Shown here: in pieces, positions 35,381 to 45,546 of the stretch
Position numbering within the stretch: the stretch's first letter is position 1
Layout of the letters: every line of letters begins with the position of its first letter
Translations under genes and position numbers: made by a program
The notes under the pieces: generated by a model
Told to the model about the DNA's origin: nothing
The model's database searches: none
What the model saw: only the letters and a program-made list of their open reading frames with translations
DNA from: a virus
IMG/VR virus record: IMGVR_UViG_3300035698_005189
Coordinates: 1 to 64,000 of that record
DNA: 64,000 nt
Direction: 5' to 3' (one strand)

Positions 35381-36018
35381 GGGAGGACCTGTACGAAGCC
35401 GGCTGCCTCAGCTGCAAAGAGGGCGCGGAGGATACCGGACTCGATGAGGTCCACGACCTCGGGCGGGTAGCCCAGCAGCGTGATCTGGGTGTTGGGTCCG
35501 ACGGGCGTCACGATCGGCGGGGGCACAATGAGGGCCTCTGCCGGGGTGTCGTCGGCCAGGACCGCCACAGGCTCCGACTTCGAGGCGGCCTTGTGGGTCG
35601 TCTGCTTGGGGAGCCACTCCTGACGACGGATGGACTCGGGGAGGCGGGGCGGGGGCCAGTTGGCTGGCGTGGTCTGGCCCCAGCACTCGGCCGGTGTCTC
35701 GTCGTAGGGACCGTAGGCGTTGAAGAGGGCGATCCAGCGTACGCGAAGCCGAGCTTCGCCCGTGCCCACGGTACCCCACCACGTCGCCCCATCCGACTTC
35801 CGCTTCCTGAACAGGCGGAAGCGCCCGGGCGACGCGTCGGCCCGGGTGATGGCGCTCCGAAGGGTCTTGTGCCAGCGGTCGGCTGGGACGCGGGCCAGGT
35901 AGCGCATCGCTTCGGTGGCTTCCTCGGTCGTGGCGTCGTCACCCCTGACTGGGAGGCCCCGTACCTCAGCGAAGGTCAGGGCGACGTAGCGATCGGTTTC
36001 TACCTTCTTGCGGGCCAT
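35377..36018 (-). CDS. Hypothetical protein
   Basis: Tiling, RBS GAGGT. Confidence 0.6.
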   Translation of the reverse strand: MARKKVETDRYVALTFAEVRGLPVRGDDATTEEATEAMRYLARVPADRWHKTLRSAITRADASPGRFRLFRKRKSDGATWWGTVGTGEARLRVRWIALFNAYGPYDETPAECWGQTTPANWPPPRLPESIRRQEWLPKQTTHKAASKSEPVAVLADDTPAEALIVPPPIVTPVGPNTQITLLGYPPEVVDLIESGILRALFAAEAAGFVQVLP

Positions 36019-36392
36019 GGCTCACCTCTGCAGTGTAGTCGCCGCTCAGCCGTCTGCTGGCTTCGTCATGTAGCCCCGGAGCATTTCCCGGGGGTCGGAT
36101 AGTACAGATCCGCCCTCGCCTGTGGTAACGGTCACGATCGGCACACCAAGGGCAGCACCGGCTCCGTGCAGCGCCGCGATCCCGTCGGGTGAGCCATTGC
36201 CGATCTCTGGAACGAGCACGGCTCGCAGTTTACCCTTTTCCGCAGCCCGTCGGCATAGCTCCCCAGCCTCGGAGGCTGTCGTCAAGGTACAAGGGCTCTC
36301 CATGACCCACCCTGTGCTGTCCTTAGACAGCACAGAGGCGATGAGGCCGATGCGGGCGGGGATGGCTCCAATCCAAAAGTCAGTAGGGAGCG

Positions 36393-36896
36393 TCATGGCT
36401 TCCTCGGCTTTCGACCGCGTGGCTTGCGGTCGTACGGGCGTTCCCGATGGGGGTGGACCTTCTCACGGCGGAGGCGGGGAGCAAGCTCGGCGTCGGCTGT
36501 GTCCCAGCATCGCTGGCCTGCCGGTGCCTTGCACGTCGGGCAGTCGTAGGCTGACCGGCGGGCGTCCCACTGGAGATCGTGGGCCTCGAGGTAGCCCAGA
36601 GCCTCTGCGATAGCGGAGTGTATGTCCCGCACCACGAGGCTGCTGGCTGTGACGATCATCGGCTTCCACGGGGCCTCTGTGGTCACGACCACTGGAACCC
36701 CCGTCGCGTAGGCAGCAGCCGCAAGGCACTCGCCGTAGGCGTTCGTCGGGCCGACCAGGATCACCTGGGCTGCGCGCATGGCCAGGATCTGGTCGTCGAG
36801 GGTTGGCTCGCAGCAGGGGCGGCCCATATACCCGGCCAGCTCGAGTGCCTCGTGGGCTAAGTCAGGCACGTTGCCGATGTCGAGGAAGTGAGCCAT
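36393..36896 (-). CDS. Nucleoside deoxyribosyltransferase-like domain + C-terminal zinc finger
   Basis: 'AMRAAQVILV...AAAYATGVPVVV'; 'CPTCKAPAGQRC...HRER'. Confidence 0.4.
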   Translation of the reverse strand: MAHFLDIGNVPDLAHEALELAGYMGRPCCEPTLDDQILAMRAAQVILVGPTNAYGECLAAAAYATGVPVVVTTEAPWKPMIVTASSLVVRDIHSAIAEALGYLEAHDLQWDARRSAYDCPTCKAPAGQRCWDTADAELAPRLRREKVHPHRERPYDRKPRGRKPRKP

Positions 36897-37465
36897 TATC
36901 GTCTCCCGAGATACTTGAGCATCCGCGTCTGCAGGTCGACGGGGCGGAGGGTCGGCTCCGGGTGGCCGCAGACAGGGCAGCGACGGTCAGCGATACGGCC
37001 CGAGGGGGTGGAGTCGCTCTCGTCAGCGCGGGGGTAGGGGTGGGCTGGGCGGCTGCATACCGCGCAACGGGGGCCGAGAGCCTCCCGCTTTGGCTGTGCC
37101 GCCTTCTGGGGCGTAGCGGCTCCCGCCTGGGTGAAGACTCGGGCACCGTCCCAGGTCGCGGGGAGGCCCTGCGGGATATCGGTCGCAGCTGGGACTACTG
37201 CCACGACGACGTCGGCCTTGGCTGGCTTCGTGGCCTCCAGGATAGCGACCTTCCAGTCATCCTCGGTGAACGGGTATGAGACGGAGACGACGCGCCCCCG
37301 CGTAGCCAGCTCGAGGCCGACATCGGTGGGCGTCACGGAGGCTGTCGGGTCCTCCACCTCGTCGCACACGATGAGGGTCAGGGCGGCCTCGGCATCCTCG
37401 TGGTCCGACGGCTCTCCGCCGACCAGCCAGGCGAAGACCTCCAGGTAGTCGGTAATTGTCCTCAT
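36896..37465 (-). CDS. Hypothetical protein with C-terminal CxxC...CxxC
   Basis: CAVC, CPVC. Confidence 0.55.
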   Translation of the reverse strand: MRTITDYLEVFAWLVGGEPSDHEDAEAALTLIVCDEVEDPTASVTPTDVGLELATRGRVVSVSYPFTEDDWKVAILEATKPAKADVVVAVVPAATDIPQGLPATWDGARVFTQAGAATPQKAAQPKREALGPRCAVCSRPAHPYPRADESDSTPSGRIADRRCPVCGHPEPTLRPVDLQTRMLKYLGRR

Positions 37466-38166
37466 GATCGTCTCCCAAGAAGGTGCTCAATATCCATGAT
37501 GCTGAGGCCTGAGCCTCTGAGTCGGGCTTCCGTGACCATACCAGACACCTGCAGCTCACGATTACCGAGGGTGACGTCCCACGCGAGGCCGACGTTGTGC
37601 CTAATCACGCACAGGGCGATAGTCGGGCGGCTGGCCGGTAGTCGCAGGCTGCGCTCAACGGACGGATGACTCGCACCGACCAGGGTGGCGTACACCCGGA
37701 TGGCCCGCAGGGCGTCTTCGTCTGTGAGCGAGACCAGGCGAACCGGGCGTGCGGCTGTGGGCTTCTCAGCGAGCTTCGCCTCCAGCTCCCGCTCCTTCTT
37801 ACGAAAGGCAGCCATGACGACCTTCTGCTGGCTGTCCACCCGCGAGCGGTCCCGGGCGGCCTTGTCGAAGGCCTTGTTGGCGGCGCGCAGGGCGGTCCGG
37901 GAGTCCTCCAGCTCAACCTCGGTCTCGCGCCAGCCCTTGGCTACGTCGGCTGTGCGCTTCTTCTGGTCGTGTAGTTCGGTCCGGAGGGCTGTGACGGCAG
38001 CCTCCCTGGTGGCGTCTGCGCTCGGAGGGAAGTCGGGAACATCCGTGTCGTCAGGGACCGGGTCCTCGTCGGCCCGCGGTGCTCGGTTCCTGCGGCGGGC
38101 CTCCATAAAGGCATCGTCGCCAGCGGTGGACCAGGGACGGGGGCCCGGGCGTGGAGGGTTGGTCAT
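37462..38166 (-). CDS. Coiled-coil hypothetical protein
   Basis: Heptad-rich centre; tiling. Confidence 0.55.
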   Translation of the reverse strand: MTNPPRPGPRPWSTAGDDAFMEARRRNRAPRADEDPVPDDTDVPDFPPSADATREAAVTALRTELHDQKKRTADVAKGWRETEVELEDSRTALRAANKAFDKAARDRSRVDSQQKVVMAAFRKKERELEAKLAEKPTAARPVRLVSLTDEDALRAIRVYATLVGASHPSVERSLRLPASRPTIALCVIRHNVGLAWDVTLGNRELQVSGMVTEARLRGSGLSIMDIEHLLGRRS

Positions 38167-39108
38167 GCGATCATCCCGGCCGCGATCATCCTGGCCACGG
38201 CGTAGGTGGTGTCGTCTTTCCAGGCAGCCCCGGAGGGCGCAAGGAGTTCGGGGTTAGGGAGGGCGGGGACGAGGTCGGACGCGTACCACCACTGGGTGAA
38301 CGGCCGGCCGTTGGGGCTGACCAGGGGCCGGTGCTTTACGAGGTACTCCGTCTCGCCCGGGCCTATCGGGTGGCGGACACTGACGACCACTCCCGCCCGG
38401 GAATCGCCCAGGCCAGGTGCGTGGCCATCCCGACCGGCAAAGCGACGAATCCGCATGAGCTGAGACGCGGTCCCCTCTGTCGTGGCCTCTTCCCACAGGG
38501 CGGCCCGGAGGCAGACTTTCTCGCCTTCTACGAACTTGCACATAGCGGAACGATCACCCACAGGACACCTCCTGTCCGGTTAGTCGCTGGTAGACGCCCT
38601 GGGCTGGTCGTCACCGACGGCGTTTACGAGGCCTCATGCAGGACATATCGGCTACCGTGTTGCCCCGCTCGGACTTGCCGGGGACGTTGATCCCGAGGTC
38701 GGCGCAGTGCTCCCGTGCCCACCAGCCCTGAACGAGTAGGCAGCTGGGGCCGTCGAAGCCGATGATGACCGAGCGGGGGACGAAGACGGCCTTCCCGTCG
38801 AGCAGGCGCATCTTGCGCGACTTGACTCGTTCCTCGAGGATAGGGGTATCGGGGTCGAGTTGAACTCTCATCGCATCCTTCCATCTGTGCAGATCCCGGG
38901 AGAGGCGCAGAGGCGTCGTGTCGTCAGGCAGCAGTCCCCGTTGACGTAGTAGACACACTCGGTCGCTGGGGCGCCGACGGGCTCGGCTTCAACGAGAACG
39001 CGCCCTACCTCGCAGATCTCGGTGAGATCGCAGGGTAAGGCGCGCAGGGCGGACCGGGAGCAGGCGCAGAGCCCGTTCGGTCGCCGATAGAGGCAGGCAG
39101 CCGTCATG

Positions 39109-39780
39109 TCAGCAGCCCACGACGTAAGCGATGAGCCACGCAGCGAGGGCCAGACAAGTGAAGACCAGGGCGGCTCCCGCTGACTGGAGCCGGGACTCGG
39201 GGCTGCGGGGGTGGATAGGCTGGGGGTCGTCGTCAGGTCCCTCGGTCGGCCAGACTTCGCACAGGTCCACGACCTCCGGAGGGATGCGGTCGGGTACTGG
39301 GAGGTCGTCGGGACGCCCGACTCCCTTGTAGTTGTAGTTCCCATGCCGCACAGCCGAGTCGCAGGCTGCGTGGGCGGCGTTGAAGGCGGGGTGCTCGCGC
39401 TCGGCCTCAGCGCAGGGGGTGCAGATCTCGGACCCGTCGAAGAAGGAGCCGGTCGTGGTACGGGCGGCGTTGCGACAGGTCCCGCAGGTGCCGGTGTAGT
39501 CCATCGGCTCGATGGCGGGGGCGTTGAGCCCGAGCATCCAGGCTGCGGAGAGATGAGTCATGGTCTCGGGTCGGCCGCCTTGGGGATTCCAGACCACGAG
39601 GCCCGGGTGCTCCGGGTCGTAGACCAGGAGCCCGGTGAGGCCGCCAAGCCGTACCACGATGCGGTCGGAACAGTCGGGGTCCACAGCCAGGCTGACGGCG
39701 CGGAGGGCCATACCTTCGTAGACGGTCGAGCAGCCAGAGGACTGGACACGGAAGGAGTCGGCGAGGGAGCGTCGGTTCAT
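39109..39780 (-). CDS. Hypothetical protein with Zn-finger and C-terminal TM
   Basis: CGTC...CTPC; hydrophobic C-terminus. Confidence 0.55.
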   Translation of the reverse strand: MNRRSLADSFRVQSSGCSTVYEGMALRAVSLAVDPDCSDRIVVRLGGLTGLLVYDPEHPGLVVWNPQGGRPETMTHLSAAWMLGLNAPAIEPMDYTGTCGTCRNAARTTTGSFFDGSEICTPCAEAEREHPAFNAAHAACDSAVRHGNYNYKGVGRPDDLPVPDRIPPEVVDLCEVWPTEGPDDDPQPIHPRSPESRLQSAGAALVFTCLALAAWLIAYVVGC

Positions 39781-39794
39781 GCGGGATCTCCTGT

Positions 39795-39818
39795 GCCCCC
39801 TCCGTCGTCGGAGGGGGC
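39795..39818. other. Intergenic 10-bp hairpin
   Basis: gccccctccg-tcgt-cggagggggc. Confidence 0.45.
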
Positions 39819-39834
39819 GGGGGTGTAGTCGTGG

Positions 39835-40323
39835 TTAGTACTCGCCGCTGTGGTGGCCGTACTCGTCGGGGTCTTCGATGCTGCAGCCCATCGTGTCGTT
39901 GTAGGCAGCGCAGCCGCCACCCATCCCCGCCATCATGGCGTTCTCGCGCCGGTCGTTGGCGTCGTCGATGCTGTCCTGCTCGTCATCGGTGAGCCAGAAG
40001 CCGAAGTCGGACCCGTCTCCCTCGTGGGTGCCGAAGCGGATGCCCTCGATCTCGTAGGTCCGTAGGATATCGTCGATGAGGTCGGACACCGTCTCCAGGT
40101 CCCACTCGGTATCGGTGGCCTTGGAGCGCTCCACGCCGCCGAGGATGGCCTGGCACGCGGCCTGGAAGCCGACGAGGTAGGGGGTGTCGGCCTTCGGGGT
40201 CCAGGTGCAGGCTTCGAGGAGGTTGGTGGCTCCCGTGACGTAGGCAGCCAGGACGGCCGCTTGGCGAAGGTCACCGTGCGACACGGTACCGATGATGTTG
40301 AGGGTAGATCCGTGGGTGGTCAT
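39835..40323 (-). CDS. Acidic early-type hypothetical protein
   Basis: 'FGTHEGDGSDFGFW' motif; start MTTHG after GGAG. Confidence 0.6.
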   Translation of the reverse strand: MTTHGSTLNIIGTVSHGDLRQAAVLAAYVTGATNLLEACTWTPKADTPYLVGFQAACQAILGGVERSKATDTEWDLETVSDLIDDILRTYEIEGIRFGTHEGDGSDFGFWLTDDEQDSIDDANDRRENAMMAGMGGGCAAYNDTMGCSIEDPDEYGHHSGEY

Positions 40324-40324
40324 G

Positions 40325-40669
40325 TCAGGCTCCAGGCGCGGCTGGTGGGGTGTTTCGGAGGTCTTCGGGGAGGATGGCGCGGTAGGCGTCACGCGCCGAC
40401 TCGTCGGGGCGGAGGTTGGCGGCTTCGCGGAGGGAGGGGATGTGGTCCCGTAGGTACGAAGCGACGGTAGCCGCCTCGATGAGCTTCAGCGACTCCGAAG
40501 ACTGCGGCGCGTAGGCCCGACCCGTCTGCTCGGCCTGCTCGGCGGCCTTGCTCAGGCCGTCGGCCAGGTTGCGGGCGCAGTTGATGAAGTCGTTAACGGC
40601 GCGGGTGTGTGTCCGCTCGGCGGAGATGACTGCCTGCAGTAGGTAGGCTCGGGACTGAAAGGCGTTCAT
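40325..40669 (-). CDS. Hypothetical protein
   Basis: Tiling. Confidence 0.55.
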   Translation of the reverse strand: MNAFQSRAYLLQAVISAERTHTRAVNDFINCARNLADGLSKAAEQAEQTGRAYAPQSSESLKLIEAATVASYLRDHIPSLREAANLRPDESARDAYRAILPEDLRNTPPAAPGA

Positions 40670-40670
40670 G

Positions 40671-40988
40671 TCAGGTTCCTTGAGAGTCGTAGGGGCGGGG
40701 GAAGTTGATGGCGTCTGCGGACCACGCGACGAGCTGGGCAGCCGTCATGCGGGGACCGTCAAAGGACAGGCGGAGGTCAGGGCCGACGTCGAGCTTGAAG
40801 GTGAAGTCGCTGGTGATTCCGCCGACGTTGCCCCGGGGCGGACCCCAGCGGAGGATGTGGACGGCTCCGTTGATCGTGCCCCGGGCGTACTCGCGACCCT
40901 CGGTGTCGTACGCCATGACCTCACGCTCCCGACCGCAGCGGTAGTGGCGGCCGACGGACGGGGAGACGAGGTGGTTGGTGGTGCCCAT
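40671..40988 (-). CDS. Hypothetical protein
   Basis: Tiling. Confidence 0.5.
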   Translation of the reverse strand: MGTTNHLVSPSVGRHYRCGREREVMAYDTEGREYARGTINGAVHILRWGPPRGNVGGITSDFTFKLDVGPDLRLSFDGPRMTAAQLVAWSADAINFPRPYDSQGT

Positions 40989-41227
40989 TAGACTGCCTGG
41001 GGGTTGACGGTGGTTTCGAGGGTGATCTTGTGGCTGGTCACGGAGGCCTCACCGGCTGCGGCGGGGCGAGCGTCCTGCAGTGCGATGGCTGCCTCGCAGT
41101 GCCCGATGAGGGTTCCGAGGTAGACGTCGGTGAAGACGAAGGCACCGTCGCCGTGGTCGTTGATGTCTTCAGAGACGGAGAGGCACTCGGCGGCGAGGGC
41201 GCGCATGGCGGCAGTGAGGTTGGACAC
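40988..41227 (-). CDS. Hypothetical protein (GTG start after repeat copy 2)
   Basis: GGAG-tcacc-GTG at 41227, in frame with track ORF 40988..41338. Confidence 0.55.
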   Translation of the reverse strand: MSNLTAAMRALAAECLSVSEDINDHGDGAFVFTDVYLGTLIGHCEAAIALQDARPAAAGEASVTSHKITLETTVNPQAV

Positions 41228-41230
41228 GGT

Positions 41231-41313
41231 GACTCCAGTCGGTTGGTGACGAGGAGAGTCCTCGTCTTCAACGATATAGGGAGTGCGCCAGGCTACGCCG
41301 TGATCATTCGTCT
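41231..41313 (-). promoter_or_regulatory. Repeated promoter/leader element, copy 2
   Basis: See copy 1. Confidence 0.75.
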
Positions 41314-42080
41314 TCGATAAGTCCCCGGACACCCCCACCTACGGCCTTTTTATCGCTGTGCAGGGCCAGGCTCCTTCCGGCCTCGTACGCGTCTTGATTC
41401 CACCCGTCTCCGGAGCCGAACCCACGACCTGAACCGGCGCTGAAGGTGTAGTTTGAGTCGACCCACTCGCTGACCTTTGCGCGGCGGTCGAGGACGAGGG
41501 CGTAGTCTTCAGCGTGGTCGCGCTTGACTTCACGAGTCAGCTCCGTGAACTTCGACTCGAGGCCAACCACCGCTGTCTCACGGTACTCGTGGCTGGCGTC
41601 CCGTCTACGACTGGGATCAAAGAACCGCCCAGCGCGGAGGGTGTCTACTTCGAGGTCGAATACATACGAACGAGCCAGGGTATCGATCTGCGCGGCACAG
41701 ATCCCGTACAGCTCCTTAGCCATATGGGTATCGGACTGGTGGCCGTGAAACTTCCAGATCGGGGTCCCTTCGTGGTACGACGCCCGTAGGCCGACGTAGT
41801 CCGATACCGCCTGGGCGAGGGAACGCTTCCACCCTGACGTAGTGCGATACCGCTTCCTGCGCTCTTCTCGCGTGGACAGACACAGCCCGTCAAACCTAAG
41901 GGTCAGGCTGATCAGCGGGTCGGTGGAGAGATCCAACGAGTCGACGTCGTGCTGCGATACCGCGTGCTCCAGCATCATCTCCATGGCCCGGCGGGCAGCC
42001 TGCTCCGCTTCGTTACCCTCGGAGCCGCCAGCGAGTGCCTGCAGCTTCTTGATCCGAGTCAATACCTTCTGCGACTTCAT
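41304..42080 (-). CDS. DUF2786 domain-containing protein
   Basis: 'KVLTRIKKLQALA...NEAEQAARRAMEMMLEH'. Confidence 0.8.
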   Translation of the reverse strand: MKSQKVLTRIKKLQALAGGSEGNEAEQAARRAMEMMLEHAVSQHDVDSLDLSTDPLISLTLRFDGLCLSTREERRKRYRTTSGWKRSLAQAVSDYVGLRASYHEGTPIWKFHGHQSDTHMAKELYGICAAQIDTLARSYVFDLEVDTLRAGRFFDPSRRRDASHEYRETAVVGLESKFTELTREVKRDHAEDYALVLDRRAKVSEWVDSNYTFSAGSGRGFGSGDGWNQDAYEAGRSLALHSDKKAVGGGVRGLIEDE

Positions 42081-42081
42081 A

Positions 42082-43068
42082 TCAGTCCTCCTCGCCGATT
42101 GCTGTGGCGGCGTCGAACCAGTCGCGCGTCCGCATGAGCTGCCTCATCGTCGCACGCCTCTTGTTGATCTGTTTATGGAGCCTCGCGTACAGTGTCGCGT
42201 CGAAGTATTCGCCGACGCTGCTCCGTACCATGTCAACGGTGTCGTCTGGTGAGAGGGCGTCAAGCTCCCACGCGTCCTCGACGCCGAACCGCTCGCAGTA
42301 CTTGTCGAAGTCGGCCGACGTCTGCTTTGCTGGGAACGGAGGGAGGTCGCGCTCGAGCGCCTGCTCCAGCGTGATGCCGATCCGCCTGAACTCCAGGGGG
42401 AAGGGTCGCTCACTGAGGCCCATGAACGTCCTGACGGTCCGCTCCGCTGTCTCCGGGATTCTGATCCCTGTCGGGTCGTGGTCGCCGAAGTACAAGACGA
42501 CGGAACGCTTCGCCATGCCCCGATGGAAGGCACCGGCTGAGTCCCGCCATCCGGCTTCGTTGTCGATCCCATGTATGCGACCAGCCCCGACGAGCCACTC
42601 GTATAGCGAGGCATGGGACGGGTCCCCTCGGCACGAGAAGCACGACACACCCAGTTCACGACATACGGGCTCAAAGACCCCGGCCAAAGCGTCTTTCTCG
42701 AACCAGACAGAGACGTGAACCGGCTGACCGAACCACATATCGCGGTGAAGGTACTTATCTGGGAGTCGCTTCACGGCTTCAGCTGCACGGATCAGGGCGT
42801 TGTCTACCTTCGTGTCGCAGCGCGTAGCCACGCCGGGGCGGACGTATCGTGTCCTGTCTACGAGGGCGTTGAGCGGGAACCCGCCACGGAGCCTCTCCCG
42901 GGACAGGACGACCTTGAAGCGTTCGTACACTGCCCCGTCGGAGGGTACGAGCTTCCTGACCACAGCCTGGTAGTATAGGCCTCGAAGGGTGAGACTCCAT
43001 CCGCGTGCCCGGTACTCCGCGCAGACGCGGTGAGCTATCTCAAGGACGCGTTCAGTCGGGATCGTCAT
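42082..43068 (-). CDS. Topoisomerase VI-A/Spo11-like winged-helix + TOPRIM protein
   Basis: 'TLRGLYY', 'WFEKDAL', 'YFGDHDPTG', 'WELDAL'. Confidence 0.75.
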   Translation of the reverse strand: MTIPTERVLEIAHRVCAEYRARGWSLTLRGLYYQAVVRKLVPSDGAVYERFKVVLSRERLRGGFPLNALVDRTRYVRPGVATRCDTKVDNALIRAAEAVKRLPDKYLHRDMWFGQPVHVSVWFEKDALAGVFEPVCRELGVSCFSCRGDPSHASLYEWLVGAGRIHGIDNEAGWRDSAGAFHRGMAKRSVVLYFGDHDPTGIRIPETAERTVRTFMGLSERPFPLEFRRIGITLEQALERDLPPFPAKQTSADFDKYCERFGVEDAWELDALSPDDTVDMVRSSVGEYFDATLYARLHKQINKRRATMRQLMRTRDWFDAATAIGEED

Positions 43069-43988
43069 CTTTGGTGACCTCGGCTACGACGCGAGCGGCG
43101 GCCTCATCGGCTGCAGCCTCCAGCATCGCGGAGAGGCGCTTGGCGTCCTCACTCAGTCGCTGAGCCCAGTTCTGGGCTCGTTGTACTACAGGAATAGCTA
43201 CGGCTGAGTCACCAGCGGCTCGTGTTTCGAGCCAGCGACGGAAGGCCCAGGCCTCAGGTTGTGCCTGCCCCATGGCTTCAGCGACGGCTTCAACCAGGAG
43301 GGCGGTGCGCTCGTGTTCCCGGCTGGACCGGTCCCGGCGATTGTCTACCGCATCTTGAACAGCCCGACCCAAGACCTTCTCAGCGAAGGCTACCAGTCCG
43401 TCCTCGTCAATCGCCGCCCCAGCCAGGAGCCAGGAGGCCTTGCGCGGCACTGGCTTCGTCTCGCCGTGCAGGCCTGACCAGCCGGAAGCACGACGGGCCA
43501 CCGCGGCCAGGGTCTCACGGGGGACGGTGGAGCCGACGTCCCGCTGGGTGGCGTGCTTCTTGATGACGAGGCCACCACGGTTGAGCACCAGGAGCCCCCA
43601 GCCCTCTGGGACCTCGGAGATGTCGTTGACGACGCCCGGACCTACGGCGAACCAGCACTCGTCGCACATCTCCCTCATGAGGGCGCGCTTCTCGGGCTGG
43701 CGCAGCTCCCTGGTGAAGTCGCCACGCGATCTCTTGATCTCGTAGCCGATCATGCGGCCTCGGACAGCGCTCCAGCAGTGGATGGCCAGCACATCCCACG
43801 ACCGACTGGTCAGGCGGCCTTGGCCGGTGCCCGGAACGAACTCATCGAAGACGGCCCACTCACCGCGCTCCTGAGGGTGCCTGCCCCGTAGGAGGCCCCG
43901 TATGGCTCCCGTGCAGTCCACGGGCGGCCAGGGGTTTTTTGGGAGGCTCTTGTTTTTGACTGGGGGAGGGGGGACGGCCTTACCCATG
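43052..43988 (-). CDS. MmcB-like PD-(D/E)xK nuclease
   Basis: 'DVLAI...GYEIKRSRGDF...CDECWF...EVPEGWGLL'; start inferred at MGKAV. Confidence 0.7.
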
Positions 43989-45260
43989 GAGATCTCCCCA
44001 CCAGCTGACCACGTCGCCTGCGATAGCCTCGCCGACCTGGACACAGACAGCGTTGCCGGTCCCAGCGAGTCGGTCCTGGCGGTCGAGGGTGTCCTCGGGT
44101 CCGCCCCAGGTGGACAGGCTGGGAATGTCAGCCCAGGCCCGGGAGGGCGCATCGGCCATCGACTCGCCCTCGGCGGCGGTCCAGCCTTGCGGGAACCCCA
44201 TGAGCCACTCGTTGTAGGAGGGCTGCATGATCCCGCCGTCGTCTGGGAGCTTCGAGGGCTTGCGCTGGGCCTCCAGAAGCTGAGGGCCGGCTCCGCCGAG
44301 TCGTGGGTCCAGGTAGACGCCCCGCTCAGCGATCTTGCGGGCCGTCCGGTGACAGGTCTCGGTCATCACGAATGACCACAGACGACGGGCCTCAGCGAGC
44401 ATGGCCGGGTAGTCCGGGAGCTTGGCCTTGCGGACGGCCTCAGCGATCTTCTGGACGTGGTAGGCATGGCCTGCCGTCGTCAGGCTCAGGTAGTTGTAGG
44501 CCTCGAAGCTGAATCGTCCGAAGGCGGTCGGCGTCGGGATGCCGTTGTGGTACGCGACGACGGAGGCAGCCTCGTGGGCCGGGAGTGAGGTCAGGGCTCC
44601 CTTCTCCCGGATCAGCCACCACGGATCGCACGCGTGCTTCGGGGTCGGGTGGAGTACTCGGCAGGTCGTCAGGACCCCCGACTCCCAGCGACCAGCCAGG
44701 GGCCAGTTGCCGTGGCGGCCCGGGATGGCTGATGTCTGGTGAGACACCTCCCAGACGGGAGGGAGGCCACGCTGGCGACCGATGAGGAAGATCCTGACCC
44801 GCTGGTGGGGTCCGCCCACAGCCGACACGGACAGGGGCTGCCATTCTACATCGTAGCCGTTGTCGTCGAAGGTGGTGAGGACGGCCTCGAGGGTCCGGCC
44901 CGAGTCATGCGCCACGATGGCGAACGGGTTCTCAGCCACAATAGCTGTCGCGCCCAGGGACCGGCCCAGTCGGATGTAGTCCCCCCAGAGCCAGCGCTCG
45001 TCATCCTGGCCCTTGCGGGGCCCGGCGTTGCTGACGGGCTGACACGGTGGGCCGCCTGAGAGGATGTCGCACTCCCCAAGGTCGGCTGCCGTGACCTTGG
45101 TCACGTCGGGGAAGCGGACCACATCGGGCCAGTGCCGTCCGAGCACACGACGAGGGTAGTCGCCCAGCTCGATAAAGGCCGTATGCGACCCGCCTGCGCG
45201 ATGCCAGCCCAGGGCGAGGCCACCGACGCCAGCGAACGACTCTACTACGCGGGGCTTCAT
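43980..45260 (-). CDS. C5 DNA cytosine methyltransferase
   Basis: FAGVGG (I), GPPCQ (IV), ENP (VI), QRVR (VIII), GNAV (X); start MKPRV at 45260. Confidence 0.92.
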   Translation of the reverse strand: MKPRVVESFAGVGGLALGWHRAGGSHTAFIELGDYPRRVLGRHWPDVVRFPDVTKVTAADLGECDILSGGPPCQPVSNAGPRKGQDDERWLWGDYIRLGRSLGATAIVAENPFAIVAHDSGRTLEAVLTTFDDNGYDVEWQPLSVSAVGGPHQRVRIFLIGRQRGLPPVWEVSHQTSAIPGRHGNWPLAGRWESGVLTTCRVLHPTPKHACDPWWLIREKGALTSLPAHEAASVVAYHNGIPTPTAFGRFSFEAYNYLSLTTAGHAYHVQKIAEAVRKAKLPDYPAMLAEARRLWSFVMTETCHRTARKIAERGVYLDPRLGGAGPQLLEAQRKPSKLPDDGGIMQPSYNEWLMGFPQGWTAAEGESMADAPSRAWADIPSLSTWGGPEDTLDRQDRLAGTGNAVCVQVGEAIAGDVVSWWGDLHG

Positions 45261-45538
45261 GCGACAGCGTGCATGTCGAAGTCGAGAAGGGCCTCTCCCG
45301 GGACATCCTCTGCCATGCGGTCGGGCCCGATCCAGGCCTCCACAGCGACGAGGGTCTCTTCGCTGCCGCCAGTAGCTCCGGAGGTGGGGAGGGCGCCGTC
45401 GCCCGACTCCCCACCACGCAGCCACCAGCGGGAGTCGCCCTTGGCCTGCGCGTGACCGAGCATGAGCCGCTGTGGGCCTGGCTCCACGCCGAGGGAGCGT
45501 GCGATACGTCGGAGGCGGAGTTGATAGTCGTTGAGCAT
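45257..45538 (-). CDS. Hypothetical protein
   Basis: Tiling with an ATGA overlap. Confidence 0.5.
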   Translation of the reverse strand: MLNDYQLRLRRIARSLGVEPGPQRLMLGHAQAKGDSRWWLRGGESGDGALPTSGATGGSEETLVAVEAWIGPDRMAEDVPGEALLDFDMHAVA

Positions 45539-45546
45539 GGAGTCTC

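Noticed and set aside
41274-41295. Sigma54 promoter reading of TGGCGC in the repeat
   Set aside because: No TGC at the -12 position
35023-41313. The 40-bp repeats as attL/attR of an integrated element or as a CRISPR array
   Set aside because: No integrase between them, no tRNA target, only two copies 6.25 kb apart; the conserved hairpin and RBS favour an expression signal
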